Shown here: in pieces, positions 45,883 through 55,101 of the stretch
How positions within the stretch are numbered: position 1 is the stretch's first letter
Layout of the letters: every line of letters starts with the position of its first letter
Assembly: GCA_041664625.1 (NCBI GenBank)
Contig: JBAYKK010000001.1
Location: 1,956 to 65,955, forward strand
Source of the DNA: Minisyncoccota bacterium
GTDB taxonomy: Bacteria > Patescibacteriota > Minisyncoccia > Phycocordibacterales > WO2-35-19
Reading direction: 5' to 3'
DNA: 64,000 nucleotides
The notes under the pieces: generated by a model
The model's database searches: none
Told to the model about the DNA's origin: nothing
What the model saw: only the letters and a program-made list of their open reading frames with translations
Program-made: the position numbers and the translations under genes

Positions 45883-46338
45883 TCAATTTTCGCAGATCGA
45901 ACATCGCGCTGGAATGAGAACTTGTACCACCCGCACCTCAGCATCATCCGGAATCTCAATGTCGTTTCGAAGGTGTACCGACTCCGGCGGTAGCGACCCG
46001 AATGTGCACCCATTGAGCAACTTCACACACCCTCGAAGTGTCTGGTCTGATGGGTTGCTGAGTGCCGGATAGGCTAGGGTCTGCCCGATAAATACTCCAT
46101 TTTTGTAGAAATGGAGCAAAAACATGAAGCTGTTGACCTCGGCCTCCAACGGGCTTCTATCCGGTTGAACCTCTTTTTTAATCTCGGTCGTGGCATCGAT
46201 GAAGGCCGCTATCACGATCCAGCCCACAAAAAACAACATAATCTCGAGCCACATTTTAGTGGGAGAAAACATCGTAAAAGTGTAGCGTCCCACCATGAAG
46301 GCGAGAGCTATGAGCAAAGAAACCGCAGCAGTGTTCAC
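45883..46338 (-). CDS. Hypothetical membrane-anchored protein, GC-rich.
   Basis: GTG start with RBS AAGGAG and two N-terminal TM helices. Confidence 0.45.
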   Translation of the reverse strand: MNTAAVSLLIALAFMVGRYTFTMFSPTKMWLEIMLFFVGWIVIAAFIDATTEIKKEVQPDRSPLEAEVNSFMFLLHFYKNGVFIGQTLAYPALSNPSDQTLRGCVKLLNGCTFGSLPPESVHLRNDIEIPDDAEVRVVQVLIPARCSICEN

Positions 46339-46450
46339 ATCAAACTCCTTTTAATCTGTGTATAAGTATATCAAACTACGCATACAAAGTCAATGATTGT
46401 AAAGTAGTAGAGAGAATAAACTCATAGCGGAGCTTTTAAAAGCAATAAAC

Positions 46451-47650
46451 TTATTTCAAAGCCAAAAATGCGTTGACGTAATGGATAGCGATACCGCCAA
46501 AATTTGGATTAGAATTAAAAGCTTTGTTTATTTTACTGATTTGACCAGAGAGATAGTTTTTGGAAGTCCTGTGGAAAGTGATGTATGGAGGCATCACATC
46601 GCCAGTCTCTTGAGCGATGACCACTTGAGTATTGTATTTGCCATTTTTTGCAGTTTGCATTTCATTATTGGAAATTTCTATAGACCCGTCATAACCTTCG
46701 GCAAAACTTCGATAAGACATAATAATGATAGAGCTATCGGGCTTCCTGTCCAAAATGTTTAGCAGATGTTTGAATGTGTAATCTTTTTTGCCGTTGTATG
46801 CAATTTTGGGAGTCATTTGGTCTTCTTTGTCATAAAAATCCGGTATAACTATGCTGAATTTCAATGAGCTGTCTTGCATGAAATTTTCAGTTTGGTCAAT
46901 CAATTGGATGAAATTTTTTAGAACAACGCTTTTATTTTTTTCGTAAGAAGCCAAGAGATAAGGTTCTACATCGTATTGAAAGCCTCTGAATTTATTGGCT
47001 CTAGTGTTATTGAAATTTTTGACATAATTTACGATAGCAAAAGCTTTGTAAGTGTTGCCTTCTTCAGCCCAATTTTGCCAACCTGCTTCAGCATCTACTG
47101 CTATGCCCCTACTATTTGCAGAAACGATGAAGTTTTCTAATTTATCCGAGAATGCCTTTTTGGCTTGTTCTCTTTTTTCACCTTTGGGCATTACAAATAC
47201 GTCGAGGTAGGTATCAATAGAAATGTATATGGTGTTTACCCTGTTAACTTGGGCTTGAGAAAGGGTCGACTCGATATATTCTGGGGTCATGATCATGATA
47301 GGTGTCCAGATCCAAATGCCATGTTCTTTTGTATTTTGTTTGGGTTCAGTTGGATTAGTACCCAAAGTTTTGATGCTTTTGATTACGCTAGCAATTTGAT
47401 TGGTAAAAAAATAAGACTTTTTTTGAGGTACTGCGTCAAAAGTGATTTTTTGAAATTCGGGATTAGAGGCGATAGCGTTTGGAGTTATGATTTTGTTTGA
47501 ATATTGCGATATTTGAGTGTCTATCGGATTGCGATGGGGGATATACTCTGTTTTTATGATCGAAGCAAACATCATAATACCTATACCTAGTATCACACAT
47601 CCTAGGAACATATTTCTTTTGGTTGTTTTGTTTTGCTTTTTATTTTTCAC
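46451..47650 (-). CDS. Hypothetical membrane-anchored extracytoplasmic protein.
   Basis: TM anchor plus a ~360 aa domain. Confidence 0.45.
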   Translation of the reverse strand: MKNKKQNKTTKRNMFLGCVILGIGIMMFASIIKTEYIPHRNPIDTQISQYSNKIITPNAIASNPEFQKITFDAVPQKKSYFFTNQIASVIKSIKTLGTNPTEPKQNTKEHGIWIWTPIMIMTPEYIESTLSQAQVNRVNTIYISIDTYLDVFVMPKGEKREQAKKAFSDKLENFIVSANSRGIAVDAEAGWQNWAEEGNTYKAFAIVNYVKNFNNTRANKFRGFQYDVEPYLLASYEKNKSVVLKNFIQLIDQTENFMQDSSLKFSIVIPDFYDKEDQMTPKIAYNGKKDYTFKHLLNILDRKPDSSIIIMSYRSFAEGYDGSIEISNNEMQTAKNGKYNTQVVIAQETGDVMPPYITFHRTSKNYLSGQISKINKAFNSNPNFGGIAIHYVNAFLALK

Positions 47651-47717
47651 TTTTAATTATTATAACACTGTTTGAAAAATAAAAAATTTCTGCTATATTT
47701 ACGATGTTCCATAACAT

Positions 47718-47793
47718 GCGCGGTTAGCTCAGTTGGTAGAGCGCGTCATTGACGTTGACGATGTCAGAGGTTCGAGCCCTCTATCGCGCACCA
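47718..47793 (+). tRNA. tRNA-Val (anticodon GAC) with CCA encoded.
   Basis: Hand fold: acceptor GCGCGGT/ATCGCGC, D-arm GCTC..GAGC, anticodon stem CGTCA/TGACG with loop TTGACGT, and T-arm AGAGG-TTCGAGC-CCTCT. Confidence 0.9.
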
Positions 47794-47890
47794 GACAAAA
47801 TATCTCCACTTTTATTTTAAGATTTTTCGGTTTACAGATATTATATAGTATGTTTATATATGTTAGTAAAAGTTCTTGAAAGGAGTCAGT

Positions 47891-48256
47891 ATGGCCGTTA
47901 AAGTTTTGGTGGTGGAAGACGAAGAGGACTTCCACAGATTATGGAAGGAAGAGGTAGGGAACAACGTGGAAATTCTCAGTGCCTATAGCATTCAGGATGC
48001 TATAGCTCTGTTCAATTCCAATCCGGACATATCCATGATAGTCATGGACGCATGTGTACCTGGGAACCAACAAAATACAGCCCCTTTAGTAAAGTGGCTG
48101 AGGGAAAAATTCAAGGGCCCACTCATTGCAACCTCGAGCGTGCCCTGTTTCAGGGTCGAACTCCTGAAGGCTGGATGCAGTCATGAGTCCCAGAAGCGAC
48201 ACGTACCCAAGAAGGTGCTGGAACTTCTGGAATCTGGAATTGTGTCCGGGCATTGA
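47891..48256 (+). CDS. Stand-alone response-regulator receiver domain (CheY-like).
   Basis: 'KVLVVEDEED' with a phospho-acceptor Asp in the 'IVMDACVPG' context. Confidence 0.55.
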   Translation: MAVKVLVVEDEEDFHRLWKEEVGNNVEILSAYSIQDAIALFNSNPDISMIVMDACVPGNQQNTAPLVKWLREKFKGPLIATSSVPCFRVELLKAGCSHESQKRHVPKKVLELLESGIVSGH

Positions 48257-48344
48257 GTGAGGTCTGCCCATCAGGGCCAGTCTGCGATAACATCAATGGC
48301 TGGCTCTTTCTTTTTGTTTAATTCACATTTTTTAAATACAAAAT

Positions 48345-48378
48345 AGCCGCAGGGGTGCGTGGAGCGCCCCTGCGGCTG
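48345..48378 (-). terminator. Hairpin with an 11 bp stem AGCCGCAGGGG...CCCCTGCGGCT downstream of the PEP-CTERM gene.
   Basis: Read directly. Confidence 0.5.
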
Positions 48379-48388
48379 TTGTGGAGCG

Positions 48389-49072
48389 TTAGCTCCTACT
48401 GTTGCGTTGACGACGGGCGATAAGCCCGACGAGAAAAAGTCCGAGAGTCGCCGTGCCGTAGGTGGCCGGTTCGGGCACCTGACTGCCCGTGACCTGCAGC
48501 TCACTGGCGATCCCGTTGGAGTCGCCAAAGAGCTGGAATGAAGTTATTTTCAGAACGTTCGTTCCAGACTGGAACCATGCCGGGTTCAGGGAACCCGAGA
48601 ACATGGTGCTGGAAACGCATCCTGGCGTCCCCAACACGCAGTGTTCAGCCGGGTTGGTGTCCGTCGGTGAGACGGCCAGTTGCCCGTTCAGGGTGGCCGA
48701 AGCGGTGTCGTCGGCCAGAAGCTTCAATGTTGCCGATGTGACCATGAAGCCAGCCGGCAGAGTGAAGGTTTGGGTGAACTCCTGCACGGTCCCGTTGGGG
48801 ACCTGGAAGTATTCCGCGTTGTGAGCACCAGACTGCCAATGGGAGATCCACGGCACTCCGGGCATCGAATACCACGCCGAGTTGGCCGGAATGGCCAGAA
48901 CCGAACCGTCGCCCTTGTCGACCCAGATTGAGTCATCGGCAGTGTTTGTGGCCGAAGAATGCGACTGGAAAGTCAGGGTAGTGACGGGTGTCGCGCCGGC
49001 CGTGATGGCCAACACGAAAATCAAAAAAGCTGCCGTAAGGTAGCCGTTGTACTTCACTTCTTTTTCCTCCAA
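48389..49072 (-). CDS. Secreted PEP-CTERM sorting-domain protein. GC content is very high (~55-60%).
   Basis: N-terminal signal peptide. C-terminus reads 'VPEPATYGTATLGLFLVGLIARRQRNSRS' (PEP + TM helix + Arg cluster). Confidence 0.7.
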   Translation of the reverse strand: MEEKEVKYNGYLTAAFLIFVLAITAGATPVTTLTFQSHSSATNTADDSIWVDKGDGSVLAIPANSAWYSMPGVPWISHWQSGAHNAEYFQVPNGTVQEFTQTFTLPAGFMVTSATLKLLADDTASATLNGQLAVSPTDTNPAEHCVLGTPGCVSSTMFSGSLNPAWFQSGTNVLKITSFQLFGDSNGIASELQVTGSQVPEPATYGTATLGLFLVGLIARRQRNSRS

Positions 49073-49219
49073 AGATCAATTTTTGGGTTACCTCAGGGGC
49101 AACCTCTAGAACTGCTTATATAGTAAACAAATATAAAAGATTTGTCAATAAAGTATATCCTAATCTATATTTGGGTGTTCGAGATCTTTATTATGCACCG
49201 GTATTACACCAAAATATAC

Positions 49220-49247
49220 TTGACAAGTATTGGGGTGGGCGTAAAAT
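49220..49247 (+). promoter_or_regulatory. Sigma-70-like promoter: TTGACA, a 16 nt spacer, then TAAAAT.
   Basis: Read directly upstream of the large surface-protein gene. Confidence 0.4.
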
Positions 49248-49303
49248 CTCTAACATAGTGTTAGGTGCTAGGAATTTATTAAGTGTTTATTAATTTTAAT
49301 ACT

Positions 49304-52300
49304 ATGAAAAACAAATATTTTGAAGCCGGGCTTTCAAAATTAGCCTTGGCATTTTTGGCGTTGATAATAGCGCTACCGATGACATTTATGCCGTCAGTGG
49401 CAAATGCGATTAGTCCTACAACTATTTTTTCTGATGGATTTGAAGCCCCAACTGGTGTAGGTAATTGGATAGAATCTGGGTGGAGTTCAAGTAGTGACGG
49501 TCATGGTGTTGGTAAATCAGCAAAATTGGTTGGAGCAGAAAATGCCCAGACAATGCAAAAAAATATATCAACATCAGGTTATGAAAATATCTCTTTGAGT
49601 TTCTGGTATAAGGCATATGATCTTGATACTTCTGGTCATCTTGACAAGGTTGAGGTATTTTACACACTAGATGGTTCTAGCTGGGTTGAAGTGTCTGGCG
49701 CTCAAATTGATGACAATGATGATGATAATAATTGGCACCAATTTTCTTTCTCTAGTTTTCCATCTGGAGCAAACAATAATCTAAATTTTGGCGTAAAATT
49801 TGATGGGGATTTGAATTCTGATAATGATAAAGTTTGGGTGGATGACGTTTCTTTAACTGGCGCCTCAATTCCAGTTCCTGTAAACGGTGGTTGGTCAGAG
49901 TGGTCTCCATCTTCTTGCCCAACAGCTCCGGGTTCTCCCGAATCTCAGTTGGTACGTACATGCACAAATCCAACTCCCGCTAATGGGGGCAGAGAGTGTC
50001 AAGGAGAAGCTACTCAAGTCTGTGCTGCTGTGCCAGCTGATACAGATCAGGATGGTGTGCCAGATTATACAGACAATTGCCCTTCAACAGCAAATTCTAA
50101 TCAAGAAGACAGAGACGGTGATGGTGTAGGCGATGCTTGTGATAACTGCATATCAAACGCAAACGCTAATCAGGCCGATGAAAATCAAAATGGTGTAGGT
50201 GATATTTGTGAGGTTCCAGATGAACCAACAACAGGAACAATTAAAATTACAAAATATGCATGTCCTGCAGATACTTCTGTAGTTAGATCTGCAAATGGTG
50301 TTGAGGGAACAGTTCCTCCTTTGTGTGAACTTCAATCAGGAGCAACATTTGGATTTGTCCACGGCACACAAACAGATGCAAATGCTCCATATCCGGAATT
50401 GACTGCGAATCTTACTGCGGGCGGTACAACTGATGGTAGTGGTGTATTAAATATTACTGATTTACCAGCAGATGGGAGATATTTGGTAGTAGAAACCGAT
50501 GGTAATAATACAAAAATCCCGGATGGAGATATTTTAGGACTATATTGTGTAGGAGATGGTGATACGTCAAATAATAATGATAACCAAGAGCTAACTTTTG
50601 TTTCTGCGGGTGGTACAGTAAATTGTGTTGCTTATAACAAAGCTAAAGAAGTGCCTGCACCTGTCTGTGATCCAGAAAAAAATCTTATTGCAAATGGTGG
50701 TTTTGAGAATCCACTTGTTGAGACCCCAGAAAAATGGAATACGTTTGCTTCTGGATTTACTGGTCTTGAGTGGATTGTAAATTGGTTAAATCCTGATGGG
50801 GCACCAACGGTTGCAAATCTAGAACTTCATAAAACTGGTATCATATCAGGATGGAATGCTCTAGAAGGTGTTCAATATGCAGAATTAGATACCGATTTTG
50901 GAGCACCTCCATCAAATCCAGGTGGAGCGGCTTCCGTTTCTATCGCACAAGAAATACAAACTATTCCAGGCAAAAATTACAAACTTACTTTTGATTTTTC
51001 ACCACGACCAAATAGAGATACAACAGAAAATGTTTTAGGAGTATTTTGGGGTGGAGAGCAGGTACCAGGTAGCCCAGTTTCAGCTGCTGGCAATGGTACT
51101 AATAATGTTTGGGCACCTTATACTTTCAATTTTTCCGCGACAACCTCTCTTACAACCTTGATGTTTAAAGATTTGGGTATTTCTAATTCAGAAGGAACAT
51201 TTTTGGATAATGTCAGTTTGACTTGCCAAAACGAAGCAGAAGATCCTTGTACTTATTTTGATGAAGTTGTCGTTTCTGATGAGACCAATATGGTTGGCGA
51301 AAATCCTGCTCAATTGACGTGGACTCATGAATTATGGGTCTCTACTACTACTTCCGCCAAATGGATATGGAGTGATGCCACAGTTCAAAATCCTACCCAA
51401 TACGAGGTAAAAACATTTACCAAAACTTTCACTTTGAACGGTAATCCGACATCTGATGCTCTGCTTTCTATCGCTTCTGACAATACATACAAAGTGCTCG
51501 TAAATGGTAATGAAATTGCTTCTACCACCAATGAAGCAAATTATGCAGCCTTTACTGATTATGTAGTCCCTGCGTCTGCTCTGATTTATGGTGAAAATAC
51601 GATTACTGTCGAAGTCCACAATTGGGCATTAGAAGGAGCTACTCCAGAGACCAACCCAGCCGGAGTTATTTATGCACTTTATGTCAATACCAAAAACTGC
51701 CCTGGTGACAATCCTCAAGAACCGGACAAATTACAGGTGAAGATATACAAATATCTTGATGGTGTTCAGGCGACGGCTCAATCTGTAAACAATTACGAAT
51801 TCCCAATGCATGCGGTTTGGAGTTGGCCAGCAAGTGAACAACTTCAAGGAAGTGAAGGGGCTGGTGATTATTTGTTGGGGCTCAGCGGCCATGGTGGCTC
51901 AGGTTCTTATGAAGCTTTCACTTCGACTATGAACGCGCCTGCCATATATCAAACCTACGAAAGGACTAGTGATATGTATGCGGAAAGTAATGTATTGCCG
52001 ATAGATAGCCAGTGTGTTGAGGGTAAATATAGATTGAAGGGTTACAGATGGGGAAATTCTCCAACTGAAGCGCAATCGGCCTCACTTTCTACGACTTATC
52101 CTGACTTCACCAATTTGACAGCTGATAAGTATGTAATCGTTGAGAACGAAACCTGTCCTGAGGTTATTGAGCCTCTACGATGTGAACAGGGATATCATGA
52201 AGAGGAAAACGTGTGTGTACTAGATGAAAGAGAAGAACAACAACAAGATCCAGCTCCAACCATAACTCAAACCTCTGGTGGTAGAAGACATGATGTGAGC

Positions 52301-52669
52301 GGTTTATTCGGAGGAGGATCAGTTTTGGGAGCTTCAACTGAAGGCAGTTTGTTATGCGAACCATATTTAAAAGATTATATTAAATTTGGAGGCAATAATA
52401 ATTCAGAAGAAGTCAAAAAACTTCAAATATTCCTAAATCAATTCTTTGAGACCAATAATCCGGTTACTGGATTTTACGGCCAGATCACTTATGATATGGT
52501 GAAAAAATTCCAGGCCCATCAAGAAGCAGGCACTCTCACTCCTTGGGCTTCTGCAGGAGTACCAACAGATGGACCAACAGGTTATGTTTATAAAACCACC
52601 AAGAGATGGATAAATATCTTGAAGTGTCCTGATATGATCGCAAGTACTCCTGTTCCACAACTTCCATAA
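49304..52669 (+). CDS. Large secreted surface protein with a TSP1-like repeat, thrombospondin type-3 (Ca-binding) repeats and a C-terminal PG_binding_1 domain.
   Basis: Signal peptide. 'WSEWSPSSC....C' (TSP1-like), 'DTDQDGVPDYTDNC...DRDGDGVGDACDNC' (TSP3) and 'LQIFLNQ...GFYGQITYDMVKKFQ' (peptidoglycan-binding). Confidence 0.7.
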   Translation: MKNKYFEAGLSKLALAFLALIIALPMTFMPSVANAISPTTIFSDGFEAPTGVGNWIESGWSSSSDGHGVGKSAKLVGAENAQTMQKNISTSGYENISLSFWYKAYDLDTSGHLDKVEVFYTLDGSSWVEVSGAQIDDNDDDNNWHQFSFSSFPSGANNNLNFGVKFDGDLNSDNDKVWVDDVSLTGASIPVPVNGGWSEWSPSSCPTAPGSPESQLVRTCTNPTPANGGRECQGEATQVCAAVPADTDQDGVPDYTDNCPSTANSNQEDRDGDGVGDACDNCISNANANQADENQNGVGDICEVPDEPTTGTIKITKYACPADTSVVRSANGVEGTVPPLCELQSGATFGFVHGTQTDANAPYPELTANLTAGGTTDGSGVLNITDLPADGRYLVVETDGNNTKIPDGDILGLYCVGDGDTSNNNDNQELTFVSAGGTVNCVAYNKAKEVPAPVCDPEKNLIANGGFENPLVETPEKWNTFASGFTGLEWIVNWLNPDGAPTVANLELHKTGIISGWNALEGVQYAELDTDFGAPPSNPGGAASVSIAQEIQTIPGKNYKLTFDFSPRPNRDTTENVLGVFWGGEQVPGSPVSAAGNGTNNVWAPYTFNFSATTSLTTLMFKDLGISNSEGTFLDNVSLTCQNEAEDPCTYFDEVVVSDETNMVGENPAQLTWTHELWVSTTTSAKWIWSDATVQNPTQYEVKTFTKTFTLNGNPTSDALLSIASDNTYKVLVNGNEIASTTNEANYAAFTDYVVPASALIYGENTITVEVHNWALEGATPETNPAGVIYALYVNTKNCPGDNPQEPDKLQVKIYKYLDGVQATAQSVNNYEFPMHAVWSWPASEQLQGSEGAGDYLLGLSGHGGSGSYEAFTSTMNAPAIYQTYERTSDMYAESNVLPIDSQCVEGKYRLKGYRWGNSPTEAQSASLSTTYPDFTNLTADKYVIVENETCPEVIEPLRCEQGYHEEENVCVLDEREEQQQDPAPTITQTSGGRRHDVSGLFGGGSVLGASTEGSLLCEPYLKDYIKFGGNNNSEEVKKLQIFLNQFFETNNPVTGFYGQITYDMVKKFQAHQEAGTLTPWASAGVPTDGPTGYVYKTTKRWINILKCPDMIASTPVPQLP

Positions 52670-52690
52670 GCTAACAAAGTAGCTAAAATA

Positions 52691-52730
52691 AAAAACACCC
52701 CATACGATACAGGGGGGTGTTTTTTATTTT
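52691..52730 (+). terminator. Strong intrinsic terminator AACACCCC...GGGGGGTGTTTTTTATTTT.
   Basis: Read directly. Confidence 0.7.
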
Positions 52731-52760
52731 ATTGTTTAATGTGGTATTATGTAAATTAAG

Positions 52761-53276
52761 ATGAATAATAAAAAAGAAATTATGAGACTAAAAATATTTA
52801 CTGCAATTTTAGTAGTGTTGGTCCTTTTGATGGGGACGGTGCCCTCTTTTAGAGCACCTATCTTTGACTCACTTTCTGCTATTTATGCTTCTGTGCTTGT
52901 AAATTTGACCAATAAAGACAGAGTATCGGCCAATCTCTCCGAACTTAAAGTCAATGCTTTGCTAGAAAAAGCGGCTCAAATGAAAGCCGATGATATGGCT
53001 ACCAAAGGTTATTTTGCTCACAATACACCCGAAGGTTTTACCCCGTGGTATTGGCTTGGCAAAGCTGGTTATGAATATATTTATGCCGGCGAAAATCTAG
53101 CTGTCAATTTTGAAGAAAGTAGCCAAGTAGAAACCGCTTGGATGAATTCTCGTGGTCACTTTCTAAACATAATGAACCCCAAATATACCGAAATTGGCAT
53201 AGCTACTTCTACCGGCATGTACAAGGGTCGCCAAGCCGTGTTTGTAGTCCAAATGTTCGGCACACCTGTTAAATAA
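52761..53276 (+). CDS. CAP/SCP (PR-1-like, YkwD-type) domain protein.
   Basis: 'GYFAHN', 'GENLA' and 'GHFLNIMNPKYTEIGIA'. Confidence 0.6.
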   Translation: MNNKKEIMRLKIFTAILVVLVLLMGTVPSFRAPIFDSLSAIYASVLVNLTNKDRVSANLSELKVNALLEKAAQMKADDMATKGYFAHNTPEGFTPWYWLGKAGYEYIYAGENLAVNFEESSQVETAWMNSRGHFLNIMNPKYTEIGIATSTGMYKGRQAVFVVQMFGTPVK

Positions 53277-53287
53277 TAAATAGTTTT

Positions 53288-54217
53288 TTATTTTATTTTC
53301 TGTAACTCTAGATAAATATCTTCTAGGGCTTTGATGGCGTCGCCGACGGCGATGTTGTTTTGGTGGTAAAGACCATCGGTGCAATCTCCAGATGCCCAAA
53401 TGCCTTTGATGTTGGTCCTTTGATTTTTATGGTCTACTATAATATTTTTAAACTCATTCATTTTTATGCCGATTGGTTCCGCGAAACCAGTAGAAGGTAT
53501 GTGGCCGATTTCTACAAAAATGCCGTCCACTTCGATCTCTACATTTTTGGCAGAAGCTTCATTTTTTTTGTAAATTAAAGATTTTACAAAATTATCACCT
53601 TTTATTTCTATTGGTGTAGTGTTGGCCAGAGCGGTCATCTTGGGATTGGCCAATACTTTTTCTATTGTTACGGGGTCTGCTCTGAAATCACCACGACTCA
53701 TGAGGGTGACGCTTTTGCAGTAAGCGAGCAGTTGAGCGGCCGACTCAAATCCGGCGTTACCTCCACCTATTATGGCCACATTTTTGTCGGCAAAAAACAA
53801 CCCATCACAAGATGCACAATAACTTATACCTTTGCCTTCAAATTCAGAAGCTCCTGCAATATCCAACTTTTTTCTAGAACTGCCACTAGATATCAAAATA
53901 GTTTTGGTATCGTAAGTCTCTTTGTTTGTTTTTACAGAAAATCCTTGGTCTGTCTTTTCTACTTCTTCCGCTCGTTCTCCTTCTTTTATTTCTACAAACT
54001 TACCGGCATAAAATTTAACATGCTCCTTCAATTTTTTGGCAAGTTCGATACCAGAAATAGCGGGTGTGCCTATCCAGTTTTGGATTTCTTCTGATTCTAC
54101 ACTTTGACCGCCAAAAGACTCGGCTACGAGTAATGTTTTTATTTGTTTGCGGGCTGCATAAACCCCGGCAGCCGCTCCGGCTGGTCCACCGCCTATAATA
54201 ATTAAATCATATTCCAT
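53288..54217 (-). CDS. trxB: Thioredoxin-disulfide reductase.
   Basis: 'DLIIIGGGPAGAAAG', redox 'CASCDG' and 'GGGNAGFE'. Confidence 0.9.
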   Translation of the reverse strand: MEYDLIIIGGGPAGAAAGVYAARKQIKTLLVAESFGGQSVESEEIQNWIGTPAISGIELAKKLKEHVKFYAGKFVEIKEGERAEEVEKTDQGFSVKTNKETYDTKTILISSGSSRKKLDIAGASEFEGKGISYCASCDGLFFADKNVAIIGGGNAGFESAAQLLAYCKSVTLMSRGDFRADPVTIEKVLANPKMTALANTTPIEIKGDNFVKSLIYKKNEASAKNVEIEVDGIFVEIGHIPSTGFAEPIGIKMNEFKNIIVDHKNQRTNIKGIWASGDCTDGLYHQNNIAVGDAIKALEDIYLELQKIK

Positions 54218-54311
54218 AAAATTATTGTATCATATAGCTACCTCATTTTGAAATTACTACCTCACCCCTAACCCCTCCCCTTGCAAAGGGGAGGGGAAAG
54301 AGACAAAAACA

Positions 54312-54665
54312 ATGTCAAAAATTCATAATAATAAAATTTTCATAGAAAGAAGAGTAGAATTACGAAAGAATCAAACTCCGACAGAAGAAAAATTGTGGTT
54401 CTTTCTTCGAGGTAATAAACTTAACGGAGTAAAATTTAAAAGACAGCATAGTATAGGAGGTTATATTCCGGATTTTTATTGCGCCAAAAAGAAATTGATT
54501 ATTGAACTTGATGGAGAAATACATAACACAACTGAAGCTCGAGAATATGACGAAGTAAGAGATAAGTTTTTTAAGGAACTTGGATATACAACACTCAGAT
54601 TTTTGAATAGGGAAATAGAGAATGATATTGATGAGGTTTTGGACAAAATATCAAAATTTTTGTAA
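54312..54665 (+). CDS. DUF559 (Vsr/PD-(D/E)xK-like) endonuclease-domain protein.
   Basis: 'RKNQTPTEEKLW..LR......KFKRQHSIGGYIPDFYC..KKLIIELDGEIH' with a C-terminal 'LRFLNREI'. Confidence 0.75.
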   Translation: MSKIHNNKIFIERRVELRKNQTPTEEKLWFFLRGNKLNGVKFKRQHSIGGYIPDFYCAKKKLIIELDGEIHNTTEAREYDEVRDKFFKELGYTTLRFLNREIENDIDEVLDKISKFL

Positions 54666-54715
54666 CAGAAAACCCGCCCATCGCACGAGCAGGAATTCCT
54701 GTCGCCAATGGCGGG

Positions 54716-54928
54716 TTAGCGAGAAACCACAATCTCGCCGGTCCGAAGGTCTACGATATGGGACCAGTCGTAACCGTCGAAGCCGGTGGTCTTGGGCAAC
54801 TTCTCAGTTGCTTCCTCGGTGGTGTTGAAGGACATTACTCGGCCGTCTTCTTTGCGAAGAACAGATTTCCACCCCTCGTGTTCGTCGCCATCGTTAATAC
54901 AGCCTGCGAAAATGATATATCTCAGCAT
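54716..54928 (-). CDS. Hypothetical small acidic protein (~70 aa), GC-rich, inside the TIR element.
   Basis: RBS GGAG upstream of ATG. A bidirectional hairpin (AACCCGCCCAT...ATGGCGGGTT) separates it from the DUF559 gene. Confidence 0.35.
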   Translation of the reverse strand: MLRYIIFAGCINDGDEHEGWKSVLRKEDGRVMSFNTTEEATEKLPKTTGFDGYDWSHIVDLRTGEIVVSR

Positions 54929-55101
54929 ACTCAATCTCCTCTGTCTTAATTATACACCCATTCAATATATATGTCAAGCAAGAAAGAGTAAAAATGTTTT
55001 AAAATAAGGAGATTTTGGTATTTAGCCCCTCCACTTTGCAAGGGGAGGGGCAATCCGACGCAAGTCGGATGGGGTGAGGTAGTTTTTGAAGTGGGGGAAA
55101 A

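Larger units (their letters stand above)
54257..55082. mobile_element. 826 bp element bounded by inverted CTACCTCACCCC / GGGGTGAGGTAG termini with subterminal hairpins (CCCCTCCCC-ttgcaaa-GGGGAGGGG). It carries a DUF559 endonuclease gene and a GC-rich 70 aa ORF.
   Basis: The termini are perfect 12 bp inverted repeats read directly. The same TIR and hairpin module occurs at 11546-11664, 12570-12619 and 58149-58188. Confidence 0.55.

Noticed and set aside
48489-48936. Multiple ORFs of 70-110 aa on both strands in the 48.4-49.0 kb region.
   Set aside because: High GC suppresses stop codons in all frames. Only the minus-strand 227 aa ORF has a signal peptide and a PEP-CTERM terminus.
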